In this document: positions 10,500 through 20,768 of the stretch, one piece after another
Position numbering within the stretch: the stretch's first letter is position 1
How the letters are laid out: each line of letters begins with the position of its first letter
Assembly: GCA_963668355.1 (NCBI GenBank)
Contig: OY764265.1
Span: forward strand, 288,111-352,110
DNA: 64,000 nucleotides
From: Bdellovibrionota bacterium
GTDB taxonomy: Bacteria > Bdellovibrionota_G > JALEGL01 > DATDPG01
Direction of reading: 5' to 3'
Notes under the pieces: model-generated
What the model saw: only the letters and a program-made list of their open reading frames with translations
The model's database searches: none
Told to the model about the DNA's origin: nothing
Made by a program: the position numbers and the translations under genes

Positions 10500-10654
10500 A
10501 GCATTCCCTTTCTTTCGAAAAAGACATCTTGACCCTTTGACCTTCATCTTTCAAGGCCGAACGCGGTGAAGAAAGTGTGGCGGAGAAAGCCTCTTCACCC
10601 CTCATTTGTCCGAGACCCCCGGTCCTCTGCGGCCCCCGATTTCACTTCCTACCC

Positions 10655-13015
10655 TCAAAATCGTCGCAACCATTCCAATAGAGCAGAGACGCGACTGGAT
10701 TCATCTCCGGAAGCTGTGTGAAGTAAGGACGTTAAATACCAGCCATATCCCAATCGTTTTCGAATTCCGGCTTCCTGACCCTCATGGCCCGATCCCACAA
10801 CCAAGGAAGTCCCCTCAGTGAGTTTCACGCTAGCGGAAACTTTTCCGGTTTCCGGGTTGTAACCCACCCGTTGGATGGGGGTCGATGCGAAAAGATAAAG
10901 AGAAGCTAAGGTAACGGCTCGATCAGCCATCGCAGCGCTCAACTTTCCCACGGATCCAGAGTCGGTCGAGTCCAAGCTGGAAAGAGGTTCTCCATAGATC
11001 AGGACCGAAAGAATCTCATTTTCCGGTAAGGGAGGAACGGACTCCATATGAACGGTCGGTTTCGCTAGGGTTCCTTTCAATTTGATCAAGATCTTGTAGT
11101 CCACATAGTGAACGGAAACTAATCCATCAATTGGACTGTCATCGATAGGTTCTTTGAACTCGACTTTGAATGAATCAACGCGCGCATCCCTTCGAAACAA
11201 ATCCAAAGGGGTTGAGCCAACATTCACCCAACCTTCAAGCTCCTCCGAGGGTTTCAAGCGAACATCCAATGAAATCGGTAAGGGTTCTTTCGTATACTTG
11301 CTTAAGATTTCGATGCCATTCTCTGCTTTGGTTTTCAAAGATATATCGTTGGCTATGGAAAATGATTTTTCGTCTATGACCTTGGTCTCTTCTGTGAGGG
11401 GCTCTCTCCGCACGAATCGACCATCCAGGGCAAACCGCGGAATTGGATAGGGGTTCATCGGAGGTAGCGCGATGCGAATCTTTTTAATGTCGACGTTCAC
11501 AATATTTTGAAGTGATTCCGGTTTCCCATGGTTTAGTTTGAGTTCACTTGTTCCCCGCGTGGTAAATTGAAGCGACTGCAATTCCGATTTCAAATTCGAT
11601 TCAATCGAGAGTGAGATCTTTAGGATGTCTCCCCCGAAAGGTAGGATTGGCTTAATTTTCAGAAAGATTCGGCCGTCTAACATTCTCAAAGGCGCAGGGA
11701 CGCCATAGTCTCCGTTTCCCAAAGCGGACACGAGAAATTGAAAGTGTTTTATGTCCAAGTGAAGGTCACCGTTTAAACCCACCTGCATGGCTTCAAGCTC
11801 ATTCACTCGACCCTTGGTCGTAGCATCGAGCACGCCATAGAACGTCATCCAGGAATTTTCGATTCGATCGATGCTGGCATGAAAACTCGTCTTCCAAAAC
11901 TGGGACGGCTGCGGAAGAATTCCTTGGTGCTCGATGCGAGAGGTTACCTTGGCATGAAGAGTTTTCGGTAATTCGAGGTTTAGATCTTGATGGCGTTGCA
12001 TCGCCGACTCACCGAAGTCGATCTGAAGGGGACAGTTGATCGTTGTCAAATCATTCAGGAGCTGCGCGTGACAATTTTTGATCTGAACTTCTTGAATATC
12101 CGCGAGGGTCGGATGAGCCGTGGCGGAGAAATCAGCACTAATCCGTTTCTTTTCGGCTACAACATCGGCTTGGAGATGTAGGTCGCCCTGACTTGTCTGC
12201 GTATCGGCCGTAAGGGCGATTTTCGCCTGTTTTTGATCTGAAGGAATGGATGCATTCAAATGGATCTTTCCCGAAGCTGTCCCAGGAAGGTCGAAGCGAA
12301 GACGAAGATTCGCTTGGACATCGCCCGATTGAAAGTGACTTTTGGATTCCAAGGTTCCCGAAAGGGCAAAGGTTCTTTGGCTTTGCTGATCCTTCAATTC
12401 TCCCAAAATTTCAATGTCACCCAATTTCTTTTTGACCGGCTTCATGTCGATTCGGAGATGTCCCTTTAGATCTCCCGCTTTCGGATCCACCCAGACGAGA
12501 TCAGGAATATCGATCGTGGCCGATTTAAACACAGTCTTTGAGAAGATTTCGGGCAATTTCGCGAGCGAGAGATCGATCTCTCGAATGGGGTCGCCTGGTG
12601 CTTTCGAATCCGATTTCTTCTTGGAAGACGGTGAGGAACCGTCCAGAATGACATGTCCCCCCGTCATGTGGATGGGACCCAAGACGGATATTTCCGGAAG
12701 ACCAAATTTCGCCGACCATTGAATCTTCGTCGAAATGGATTTGAAGCATGCCTTTTTAAGCGTTTCTTGGGTCTCGACGCATGTGTCTTCCGCCGAAAAA
12801 GACCAATTTTGTGTCAGGATCCCCTCGCCTGTTTTCTGGCTTTCAAAATTCTTCCACGAAAGCTGAATCCCTTTCGCACTTAAGTAATCCTTTAGAGCAT
12901 CCGCAGCCTTATCGCCAAGGTAATCCAGGAGTCCGGCCGATGCACTGGACGGGATGCAAACAAAGAGGAAGAAACTAAGAGCCTTCAGAGTTCTGAATCG
13001 ATGAGGGCGCATCAA
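10655..13015 (-). CDS. TamB-like translocation and assembly module protein (DUF490-type C-terminus)
   Basis: 786 aa, N-terminal signal anchor, long beta-rich body, TamB-like C-terminal region. Immediately downstream of an Omp85-family gene with an ATGA overlap. Confidence 0.55.
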   Translation of the reverse strand: MMRPHRFRTLKALSFFLFVCIPSSASAGLLDYLGDKAADALKDYLSAKGIQLSWKNFESQKTGEGILTQNWSFSAEDTCVETQETLKKACFKSISTKIQWSAKFGLPEISVLGPIHMTGGHVILDGSSPSSKKKSDSKAPGDPIREIDLSLAKLPEIFSKTVFKSATIDIPDLVWVDPKAGDLKGHLRIDMKPVKKKLGDIEILGELKDQQSQRTFALSGTLESKSHFQSGDVQANLRLRFDLPGTASGKIHLNASIPSDQKQAKIALTADTQTSQGDLHLQADVVAEKKRISADFSATAHPTLADIQEVQIKNCHAQLLNDLTTINCPLQIDFGESAMQRHQDLNLELPKTLHAKVTSRIEHQGILPQPSQFWKTSFHASIDRIENSWMTFYGVLDATTKGRVNELEAMQVGLNGDLHLDIKHFQFLVSALGNGDYGVPAPLRMLDGRIFLKIKPILPFGGDILKISLSIESNLKSELQSLQFTTRGTSELKLNHGKPESLQNIVNVDIKKIRIALPPMNPYPIPRFALDGRFVRREPLTEETKVIDEKSFSIANDISLKTKAENGIEILSKYTKEPLPISLDVRLKPSEELEGWVNVGSTPLDLFRRDARVDSFKVEFKEPIDDSPIDGLVSVHYVDYKILIKLKGTLAKPTVHMESVPPLPENEILSVLIYGEPLSSLDSTDSGSVGKLSAAMADRAVTLASLYLFASTPIQRVGYNPETGKVSASVKLTEGTSLVVGSGHEGQEAGIRKRLGYGWYLTSLLHTASGDESSRVSALLEWLRRF

Positions 13016-14271
13016 AACTCCTCTCCGAAGCTAACGTAAAACTGATGACCCGTAAGCCGCTCGTTCGCGGGGTCATTATTGTTAAGCAAAAGTCCGCGTG
13101 CATAGGTTCCTCGCAAAACGCCGATGGGAGATTCCCATCGGAGTCCCACACCTGGGTTCCAATAGATGGTTTTCTTGAGTGAAAATGAGCGATCCCCCGT
13201 GGCTCCGAAATCAGCGAATACAAAGGGCTGAATATTAAATGGAAGCACCTCTACAAATCGCGACTCAAGTCCAACATAGGCCGTCGATAGAGCACCTGTG
13301 CGATCTGGATTGACTTCCAAGGGGATGTCGTTGCGCGAGAAACCTCGTAAATCCTCCGAGCCTCCCAAGTAATGAACAAACTGAGGAGGAAGGCGAAGAA
13401 ATTGAGGATCGTTTCGGTCCGCAACCGTGGTTCGAAAAGCGTAGCGTGTTCCAAAAACCAGAAAGGGAGGACTTAGGTTGGCGACATTCCAAAGGTGTTC
13501 GCCGCTAAATGAGAGGCGCTGTGCCGTAACGTCGGAGAAAACATCTCTTCGATTTAGATTTACGCTCGCTTCAAAAGAATACCCGGAGCGAGGCGCCGTG
13601 CTGAAAAACTCAAAATCGTGTGACATGAGACTGGCCCTCACGATGCCCGACAAAAATCTCGTGTCGCCTTTTTGTGCCCCTTCAAAAGTTCGTGTCCAAC
13701 TCCACTCGGGAATGACCCCAAGGGTTCCATGTCCCCAAACGTTATCCCAGGTGACATATGGGCCCATTCCCGCACGCGTTGTAATTGTATAAAACTGATC
13801 CTCCTGCTCGCGCGAAAACGAAACTTCCGGCCTTAGATAAAGCCTGGAGGGTGTGTGAAGAAAATACCAATCGAATCCAGTCGTAATCGTCTGTTCTAAG
13901 AAAGAAGCATACAAATCAATCTCAAACGTCGATCCCAAGTTATTGAGACGATGAACCGTAAAGTTGGCACGGGAGAGGACCAAACCTTCCGTATCTGCAC
14001 CGACGCCAATTCTGAAGACGCGGGGCTCGCCTGCGATAATTTCTTCTCGAATGTCCAGATCATCATTCGAAGCGCAGTTTGGAATCAGGTGGGCTGTTTG
14101 AACAATGCCGTCCTCTTCCATTCTTCGCGTGGAAAGTTGATTGAGCATTCCATTATAAGGATCACCCTTCCGAAAGGCGTAATACCGATCCAAGACACCC
14201 AGTTTGAGGTCATCCAGTTTTTTGCGATTCACCTCAGGATAGACATAGGTCTCCCCTTCGTGAATATGCAA
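13012..14271 (-). CDS. Omp85-family outer membrane beta-barrel (TamA/BamA-like), POTRA plus barrel portion; apparently the downstream part of a frameshifted gene
   Basis: Terminal aromatic residue ...YVSFGEEF and the barrel motif GLRWESPIGVLRGTYARG. Begins with a TTG in the ORF track, continuing from 14229-14786 in another frame. Confidence 0.6.
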   Translation of the reverse strand: MHIHEGETYVYPEVNRKKLDDLKLGVLDRYYAFRKGDPYNGMLNQLSTRRMEEDGIVQTAHLIPNCASNDDLDIREEIIAGEPRVFRIGVGADTEGLVLSRANFTVHRLNNLGSTFEIDLYASFLEQTITTGFDWYFLHTPSRLYLRPEVSFSREQEDQFYTITTRAGMGPYVTWDNVWGHGTLGVIPEWSWTRTFEGAQKGDTRFLSGIVRASLMSHDFEFFSTAPRSGYSFEASVNLNRRDVFSDVTAQRLSFSGEHLWNVANLSPPFLVFGTRYAFRTTVADRNDPQFLRLPPQFVHYLGGSEDLRGFSRNDIPLEVNPDRTGALSTAYVGLESRFVEVLPFNIQPFVFADFGATGDRSFSLKKTIYWNPGVGLRWESPIGVLRGTYARGLLLNNNDPANERLTGHQFYVSFGEEF

Positions 14272-14786
14272 ATGGACATCTCCGGAAGGGATAAAAGCCT
14301 GTGTCGAAATTTTTGCACAGGGGTGAGCCTTTTTTGAAGCTCAAACGGCGCCCACGTTTCGAGCTGATCTAAGTAGGAAGGGGTGAGTGGTTCGCCGGTC
14401 AGAAACCGACGCTTGTCTAGATTTGGGTAGGAAACCTTGGGATCCTTTTTAATGACAGACCGGACGATGGTCCGTGGGCCGGGTAGGATAATGAGATTTT
14501 CGCTTTCGATCTGGAACGTGGGCTCGTGGTAGGCACGTTCTTGAAGAAAGGGCGTGATGAAGAGTTTGACTTGGTTGAACGGAATCTCGGCCCAGCTCTT
14601 CGATTTTGGGAAACCACAAATCATTCCCCGCTCATTTTCAGAAAAGCGAATGGACGCATCCCCTCGGATAAAAACCCGATCGCAGAGCTTTTGATCTTTG
14701 GGAGCCTTGGCTGAGGCCGCAAAGCCAGAGGAAGCCCAGGCCAACGAAATGGCTAGGAGAACAAGGATATTCCGGCTCAAATACAC
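14229..14786 (-). CDS. N-terminal fragment of the TamA-like protein (signal peptide plus POTRA-like region); frame-shifted relative to 13012-14271
   Basis: Signal peptide MYLSRNILVLLAISLAWASSGFAASA. Overlaps the next ORF by about 40 nt in a different frame. Combined length of about 600 aa fits TamA. Confidence 0.4.
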   Translation of the reverse strand: MYLSRNILVLLAISLAWASSGFAASAKAPKDQKLCDRVFIRGDASIRFSENERGMICGFPKSKSWAEIPFNQVKLFITPFLQERAYHEPTFQIESENLIILPGPRTIVRSVIKKDPKVSYPNLDKRRFLTGEPLTPSYLDQLETWAPFELQKRLTPVQKFRHRLLSLPEMSICIFTKGRPMSILR

Positions 14787-15030
14787 GGCCCCTACTTACC
14801 CAATCTCCCTGCCATTTGGAAGAGCCAACGCGGGAGGAGCGAACCACGGGGCCTCCTTATAGGAAAAACCTTTCTGTAATGCCTGAAAAAAAGAGAATCT
14901 GATGGCCCTTTCTGTAGTTCAGGTGACAGCTATTTCCCCTGATCATTTACAGAACGAAGTTCCATCCCTTCGAACATTTTTACGGTTTTCCTCCTCACAG
15001 CCTTGATGATCCAGACAATGCGGGGCACCA

Positions 15031-15086
15031 CAATATGTCGCTTTTTTCGACGATGCACGCTCAAACTTCCTTATAGTCGTTTGGTG
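15031..15086 (+). promoter_or_regulatory. copy 8 of the bipartite motif, in the opposite genomic orientation to the other copies
   Basis: Sequence is caatatgtcgcttttttcgacgatgcacgctcaaacttccttatagtcg. Same element order and 13-nt spacing as the other copies when those are read on the minus strand. Confidence 0.5.
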
Positions 15087-15183
15087 GTCGTGGAGGTACA
15101 CGCTAGGGGAGATATGTTGGTTGGTGAACCGGTTGTGCGCCAAGAATAGTGAGCGCAATCCGTCGTCTTTTCATCACGACCAT

Positions 15184-15537
15184 TCAAGCACCGAACTCCA
15201 TGTGGGGTGAGAACTGTATCAATGAGGAAAACATCATGAACAAACATCCCCAGCACAAAAGACTCGGGCTCCTTTTAACCTTTTGTTTTTTAATCTCAAT
15301 GTTAGGTGCATGCGCACGCACCATGAGCTCAACAAACAAACAGCAACTGCGCTTCAGAAATCTTCCTGCTCGCTCGCCTTCCTCCTTCGTGAAATCCCCC
15401 GCCTTCTCAAGCTGATCTGCCGACGCATCGACAGCCAGGTGAAGCCATTCCATTGACTTCTCTCTGCCCGTCATAAGTTGTTCCTTGGTCTTTGAGGCCA
15501 ACTTTTCAAAGTTGGAAATTTCGCGGTCTTCATTCAT
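15184..15537 (-). CDS. hypothetical small hydrophilic protein; only the first ~63 aa look protein-like
   Basis: Strong SD (AAGAGGAG, 6 nt spacer, ATG at 15537). The N-terminal coiled-coil-like segment is plausible; the C-terminal half is low-complexity and antisense to the lipoprotein ORF. Confidence 0.35.
   Translation of the reverse strand: MNEDREISNFEKLASKTKEQLMTGREKSMEWLHLAVDASADQLEKAGDFTKEEGERAGRFLKRSCCLFVELMVRAHAPNIEIKKQKVKRSPSLLCWGCLFMMFSSLIQFSPHMEFGA
15236..15415 (+). CDS. putative small lipoprotein (59 aa)
   Basis: Lipobox LLLTFCFLISMLGAC after a basic N-terminus. SD GAGGAAAA. About 150 bp downstream of motif copy 8. Overlaps an antisense ORF, so uncertain. Confidence 0.3.
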   Translation: MNKHPQHKRLGLLLTFCFLISMLGACARTMSSTNKQQLRFRNLPARSPSSFVKSPAFSS

Positions 15538-15634
15538 GGGGTCTCCTCTTTCCTGTCACGCTTTGTGCCTGAGCTTGTAAGTTTAGTGGGCGGCACCCTC
15601 GGCCTTGGCCCATCCACACATCCGTTTGCATAGT

Positions 15635-16411
15635 TCATCCTAAAGGGGAATATTCCTTATAAGCCTGTTCCTCGATCCAGTACCCTTGATACCGGTAATG
15701 TCGATAGAGCCCGGTCTCATACTCCCGAGTCGGAAGAGTCTTTTCCAACCATTCCGGTGACTGCTTGACGGTTTCGCGGGGTAAGTTCACGAAGACTTTC
15801 GACTCGTTCCAACTCACGCGCTCGATCCACTTCGGCGAAACCAGAACCTTTTTTCCTGTCCACCAGGCTCCGGTGTCGATAATCAAGTAACGAATCGCCC
15901 ACGTCTCGTCGTCCACGATAAAATCCTCCACGTGGCCAATCTCCCCGTCTTTGGCTTGGATGTGATAACCGGTCACTTTTTGAGTACTGCGCAAATGAGC
16001 GTCCCACGGTTTTTCCCCTGGCGTGGACATTCTCCGTTTTTCAGGATCCCGAACCGGATGAGGGTGGGAGCCCCACATATGCGGACCGCCCCAATACATT
16101 GGCAACCCATAATACCCATAGTACGTATTCTCGAATTGCCTGGAGACGGGCTTGTCCGTGTCCAAGGATGGACTTTCTTCGATCTGTTTTTGGGTCAAGT
16201 CGACCGTGATTTGTTCAGCTTCGCTATCAATGGCCACCATCGAATACGGAGAAATCAGAACTTGCCTCCCCGTCAGCCAGTTTCCGGTATCGGCGACCAG
16301 ATAACGAATGGCCCAGTGTCGGTCGTCGAAGTAGAATTCTTTGACCTTACCGATCTCCCCGTCCCGGCTGTTTAGTGTGTAACCTCTTAGTAGTTTTGCT
16401 TTGCTTAACAT
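15635..16411 (-). CDS. tandem PRC-barrel domain protein
   Basis: Two repeats of ...DGEIGxVxxFxxDDxxWAIRYLxxDTGxWxTGxxVLxSP... SD AAAGGAG. Confidence 0.7.
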   Translation of the reverse strand: MLSKAKLLRGYTLNSRDGEIGKVKEFYFDDRHWAIRYLVADTGNWLTGRQVLISPYSMVAIDSEAEQITVDLTQKQIEESPSLDTDKPVSRQFENTYYGYYGLPMYWGGPHMWGSHPHPVRDPEKRRMSTPGEKPWDAHLRSTQKVTGYHIQAKDGEIGHVEDFIVDDETWAIRYLIIDTGAWWTGKKVLVSPKWIERVSWNESKVFVNLPRETVKQSPEWLEKTLPTREYETGLYRHYRYQGYWIEEQAYKEYSPLG

Positions 16412-16548
16412 TGGTTCTCCTTTGGAAGGTTGTTATGTTTTTACTTGTGAAGCGTGGCCTAACGAATGAACGCGCTGAAACGCGCTTCCATCTTTCTTCG
16501 GGTGGGTTCCCAAAAGCAGGAGATAAACCGCTCGTTGGGGCGTTCTCG

Positions 16549-19095
16549 TCATCGCTGCCATAGAATTCGCCCTTCTTCCAGTGGGATCGCAACGCCCTTG
16601 CTGTGGGGAATCACGCGCACTGTATAGTCGGTTGAAGGTCGAGCCGCGGATACAGACATGCGGTATACGTGGCTGCCCGAAGTGTCGGCCTGTTGACGAA
16701 CGTGGTCCATCTCATGGCGTACGGGGGGAGCACCCATGTCACCGTCGGCATAGAGCTCTACCCGCACCGCATTGGGGTCGAGATCATGAAGATCAATTTG
16801 GACCTCAAAAACGTGTTGTTCCTTGTGAGTCTCAACCTTCACTTCGCGAAACTGCAGCGCACTCCATTTCTGTTCTAGATTGTGCTGCCAATCGAGCATT
16901 TGCCTGCCGATTTGTCCGTTCTCGGCCATACGCAAACGGTAGGCGGCAGCGGCTGGCAGATAGTATCGATCCGTGTATTCGCGCACGGTGCGGTCCGCAG
17001 AAAAGCGCGGAGTCAACTGAGCCATGCTTTCCCGCATGCGTTTCATCCATGCGATGGGAATGCCATTCTTGTCTCGGGAATAGAATTCGGGAATCACTTC
17101 ATGTTCGAGCAGGTCATAGAGCGCGGCCGCTTCGGCCGCATCCCATTCGGGATCGTCGCCATGCTCTTGGCCGTCCCCCAACGCCCAACCCACTTCTGGT
17201 GTGTAGGCTTCTGCCCACCAACCGTCCAATTCCGAGAGGTTGAGGCCTCCGTTGACGAGTACCTTCATTCCGCTTGTTCCGCTCGCCTCCCAGGGTCTTC
17301 GTGGTGTGTTGATCCAAACGTCCACTCCCCGCACCAGTTGCTCCGTCAACCGCATGTCATAGTCGTTCAGAAAGGCGATATGGGGTCGGACCTCCGGGCG
17401 GCGAATGAACTGAATCCATGCTTGGATCAACGCTTGCCCCGGCCGGTCCTCCGGATGAGCTTTGCCGGCGATCATGAGTTGCACCGGACGATCGGGATTT
17501 GCCAAGATACGCAGCAAACGCGCCGGATCGTGCAGCAGTAAGTTGGGTCTCTTGTAGCTTGCAAAGCGGCGGGCAAAGCCCAGGGTTAGAGCTTGGGGAT
17601 TGAACAAATTTTTCGCCAGATCAATCTCCTCGGAAGACGCGCCGCAAGAGGTGAGCTGCCGTGACAATCGTTGGCGGGCGTATGTAACCAGAGACTTGCT
17701 GGCGGCGACACGAAACTGCCAGAGTCTGGTGTCGGAAACCTGCCGAATGTCCTGTTCCAAAGTTTCATTCGTCCCCAGCCAGCGGTCCTTGCCGGCGGCT
17801 TCCGTCCAAAGATCGTCAGCGGGAGCCGAATCCCAGGTCGGCATGTGGACACCATTGGTCACATGCCCGATAGGAATCTCTTCCTTGGGCCAGTGAGGAA
17901 AGAGCGGTTCGAAAATATGTCGGCTTACTTGGCCGTGCAAACGACTCACGCCGTTGACCGCACCGCTGCCGCGCACGGCAAGATAGGCCATGTTGAAACT
18001 CTCCGATGAGTCATTCGGGTTCTGCCGTCCCAGGGCCAGCAAATCATGAATGGTGATGCCAAGCTTTTCTTGAGCGTAGCGACCCAGGTATTGCTCAATC
18101 AGAGCCGGAGCGAAAAGGTCAAAACCCGCCTTTACCGCCGTGTGGGTTGTGAAAAGATTTCCCGCTCGGGTGACAGCCAGCGCAACATCAAAGGCCTGCT
18201 GCGCTTCTTCCATAAAACTCCGAGCCCTTTCCAACACGGCAAAGGCCGCATGACCTTCGTTTAAATGACAGACTTCCGGTTGGATGCCCAACGCACGCAG
18301 CAGTCGCCATCCGCCGATCCCGAGGAGCAGTTCCTGCTTGAGACGCAGCTCCGACCCTCCGCCATAAAGTTCGCTGGTAATTCCTCGATGAGTAGGAAAG
18401 TTCGCCGCGTCGTTGCTGTCCAGGAGGTAAAGCTTCACCCGACCCACCTGTACCTGCCAGGCACGAAGCCAGACCGCGTAACCGGGCAGGTCGATTTTAA
18501 GTCGCAACCATTCGCCATTCGCCTGCCGCAACGGTGTGATTGGTAACTGTCCAGGGTCGTTATAGGGATAGAGCGCCTGTTGCGCTCCGTTCTTGTCGAT
18601 GACCTGGCGAAAATAACCTTGCTGGTAGAGAAGTCCCACGCCGACCACCGGCACACCCAAATCGCCGGCAGCTTTGAGCTGATCGCCGGCTACGTTGCCC
18701 AACCCTCCCGAGTAGATGGGTAAAGCTTCACTCAACATGAACTCCATACTGAAATAGGCGACACAGGTGAGGGGACTCCGGGAATGCTTTCGTTGAAACC
18801 ACGCGGGCGCCTCCACGGCCTTCCGCCGGTTCTGCACCAGGTCATCAACTTTTTTATGAAAAACGGGATCAGCCATGACACGCTCAATCCGTTCGCGCGA
18901 GACCGTTTGAAGAACGACCCAGGGGTTATGCGTGATTTCCCATAACTCGGAATCAAGTTCTCGCCACACATGATCGGTGGCATGATTCCATGTGGAGCGC
19001 ATGTCCAAAGCCAGCTCGGCCAGGGAGTCGAACCCCTCAATCTCCGTGGGAAGAACATTATATAGAGGATGGTCGGCACGGGTCTGTTTGTTCAC
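16549..19095 (-). CDS. glgP: alpha-glucan (glycogen/maltodextrin) phosphorylase, GT35 family
   Basis: 848 aa. Has GGLGNVAGDQLKAAGDLGVPVVGVGLLYQQGYF and the large alpha-1,4-glucan phosphorylase family architecture. Confidence 0.9.
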   Translation of the reverse strand: MNKQTRADHPLYNVLPTEIEGFDSLAELALDMRSTWNHATDHVWRELDSELWEITHNPWVVLQTVSRERIERVMADPVFHKKVDDLVQNRRKAVEAPAWFQRKHSRSPLTCVAYFSMEFMLSEALPIYSGGLGNVAGDQLKAAGDLGVPVVGVGLLYQQGYFRQVIDKNGAQQALYPYNDPGQLPITPLRQANGEWLRLKIDLPGYAVWLRAWQVQVGRVKLYLLDSNDAANFPTHRGITSELYGGGSELRLKQELLLGIGGWRLLRALGIQPEVCHLNEGHAAFAVLERARSFMEEAQQAFDVALAVTRAGNLFTTHTAVKAGFDLFAPALIEQYLGRYAQEKLGITIHDLLALGRQNPNDSSESFNMAYLAVRGSGAVNGVSRLHGQVSRHIFEPLFPHWPKEEIPIGHVTNGVHMPTWDSAPADDLWTEAAGKDRWLGTNETLEQDIRQVSDTRLWQFRVAASKSLVTYARQRLSRQLTSCGASSEEIDLAKNLFNPQALTLGFARRFASYKRPNLLLHDPARLLRILANPDRPVQLMIAGKAHPEDRPGQALIQAWIQFIRRPEVRPHIAFLNDYDMRLTEQLVRGVDVWINTPRRPWEASGTSGMKVLVNGGLNLSELDGWWAEAYTPEVGWALGDGQEHGDDPEWDAAEAAALYDLLEHEVIPEFYSRDKNGIPIAWMKRMRESMAQLTPRFSADRTVREYTDRYYLPAAAAYRLRMAENGQIGRQMLDWQHNLEQKWSALQFREVKVETHKEQHVFEVQIDLHDLDPNAVRVELYADGDMGAPPVRHEMDHVRQQADTSGSHVYRMSVSAARPSTDYTVRVIPHSKGVAIPLEEGRILWQR

Positions 19096-20768
19096 GATTT
19101 CTCCCTTACGAATGTCTTGGACTCAATACTCTCCAGGGCATGACTGACGACAGTCTGAGCTTCCGCCACGATGCGACGAAGATGATCGGCACCCAGAAAG
19201 CTCTCCGCATAGATCTTGTAGATGTCTTCTGTCCCGGACGGACGGGCCGCAAACCATCCGTTTTCGGTCATGACTTTGAGCCCGCCGATCGGAGCGTCGT
19301 TTCCAGGTGCGCGGGTGAAACACGCTTGAATCTTTTCACCGGCTAAGTCGGTGAGCTTCACCTGATCCGGCGAGAGATTCTTCAACAACTCCTTTTGTCC
19401 TGGCGTGGCTGGCGCTTCGACGCGGTCATAAAACGGCTCCCCGAACTCGTGCGTGAGTTCGCGATACAGTTGACCGGGGTCTCGATCCATCCGCGCCGTG
19501 ATTTCGCCGGCGAGCAAGGCCGGGACGATTCCGTCTTTGTCGGTGGTCCAGACACTGCCGTCCATACGCAGGAAAGAGGCTCCCGCACTCTCTTCGCCTC
19601 CGAAGCCAAGCGAGCCATCGAGTAAACCGTCGACAAACCACTTAAACCCGACCGGCGTCTCATAGAGTTTTCGACCCACCTTGGCGGTGACACGATCGAT
19701 CATCTGGCTGCTCACCAACGTCTTGCCCACGGCAGCCTCCCTGGACCAGTTAGGTCGGTGTTGAAAGAGATAGAAGATGGCCACCGAAAGGTAGTGATTG
19801 GGAGGAAGTAGTCCGGTGCTAGGGGTGACAATGCCGTGCCGATCGTGGTCGGTATCGCAAGCAAAGCCGATGTCGAAACGGTCCTTCAGTTCGATGAATT
19901 TTTGCATGGCGTAGGGTGATGATGGATCCATGCGGATCTGGCCGTCCCAATCCACCGTCATAAAACGGAACGTCGGGTCGACGGTCTCGTTCACGATCGT
20001 GAGGTTCAACCCGTAGCGTTCGGCAATCGGTTCCCAGTAGTGGATCCCGGCGCCGCCGAGTGGATCGACCCCCAGGTTGCTCTTCGCGGCGCGAATGATG
20101 CCCATGTCAATTACATTTCCAAGGTCGTTGACATAGGCATTGAGATAATCGTGCCGGTGCGTCGTAGGGGCGCGGAGGGCTCTTTCGTAGGGAATTCTCT
20201 TCAAGCCCGGAAGGTCATTTTCAAGAAACTCGTTGGCCTTGGTTTCAATCCACCCGGTGATGCCCGATTCTGCCGGCCCGCCGTTGGGGGGATTGTATTT
20301 GAACCCGCCGTCATGGGGCGGGTTGTGTGACGGCGTGATGACAATCCCGTCGGCAAAGCCCGACGTGCGTCGGCGATTGTACGTGAGAATCGCGTGGGAA
20401 ATGACAGGCGTTGGCGTGTATTCATCTCCCTTCGCGAGCATGACTTCCACGCCGTTTGCCGCCAGAACCTCGAGCGCGGTGGCCAGAGCCGGCACGGAAA
20501 GAGCATGCGTGTCCATGCCGAGAAACAGTGGGCCACCAATATTCTTCTGCTTCCGGTAGAGGCAAATGGCCTGACTGATGGCCAGGACATGTTGTTCGTT
20601 GAAGGCCTTTTCAAACGCGCAACCGCGGTGGCCCGAGGTGCCGAAGGCCACCCGTTGTTCGGGGACGAAGGGATTCGGTACTTCCGTATAATAAGCCGTA
20701 ACCAGTTTCGGTACGTCTACCAGCATCGATGCTTCGGCCGACTTTCCTGCATAGGGGCTTACGGTCAT
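19092..20768 (-). CDS. pgm: phosphoglucomutase (alpha-D-glucose phosphate-specific)
   Basis: 558 aa. Active-site TPSHNPPHDGGFKYN and the Mg loop FDGDGDR-like region. ATGA overlaps on both sides. Confidence 0.9.
   Translation of the reverse strand: MTVSPYAGKSAEASMLVDVPKLVTAYYTEVPNPFVPEQRVAFGTSGHRGCAFEKAFNEQHVLAISQAICLYRKQKNIGGPLFLGMDTHALSVPALATALEVLAANGVEVMLAKGDEYTPTPVISHAILTYNRRRTSGFADGIVITPSHNPPHDGGFKYNPPNGGPAESGITGWIETKANEFLENDLPGLKRIPYERALRAPTTHRHDYLNAYVNDLGNVIDMGIIRAAKSNLGVDPLGGAGIHYWEPIAERYGLNLTIVNETVDPTFRFMTVDWDGQIRMDPSSPYAMQKFIELKDRFDIGFACDTDHDRHGIVTPSTGLLPPNHYLSVAIFYLFQHRPNWSREAAVGKTLVSSQMIDRVTAKVGRKLYETPVGFKWFVDGLLDGSLGFGGEESAGASFLRMDGSVWTTDKDGIVPALLAGEITARMDRDPGQLYRELTHEFGEPFYDRVEAPATPGQKELLKNLSPDQVKLTDLAGEKIQACFTRAPGNDAPIGGLKVMTENGWFAARPSGTEDIYKIYAESFLGADHLRRIVAEAQTVVSHALESIESKTFVREKS

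Noticed and set aside
16581-17541. Plus-strand ORFs of about 220 aa antisense to glgP
   Set aside because: Their Arg/Pro/Gly-rich translations are typical of GC-rich antisense frames, and the region is covered by a full-length phosphorylase.
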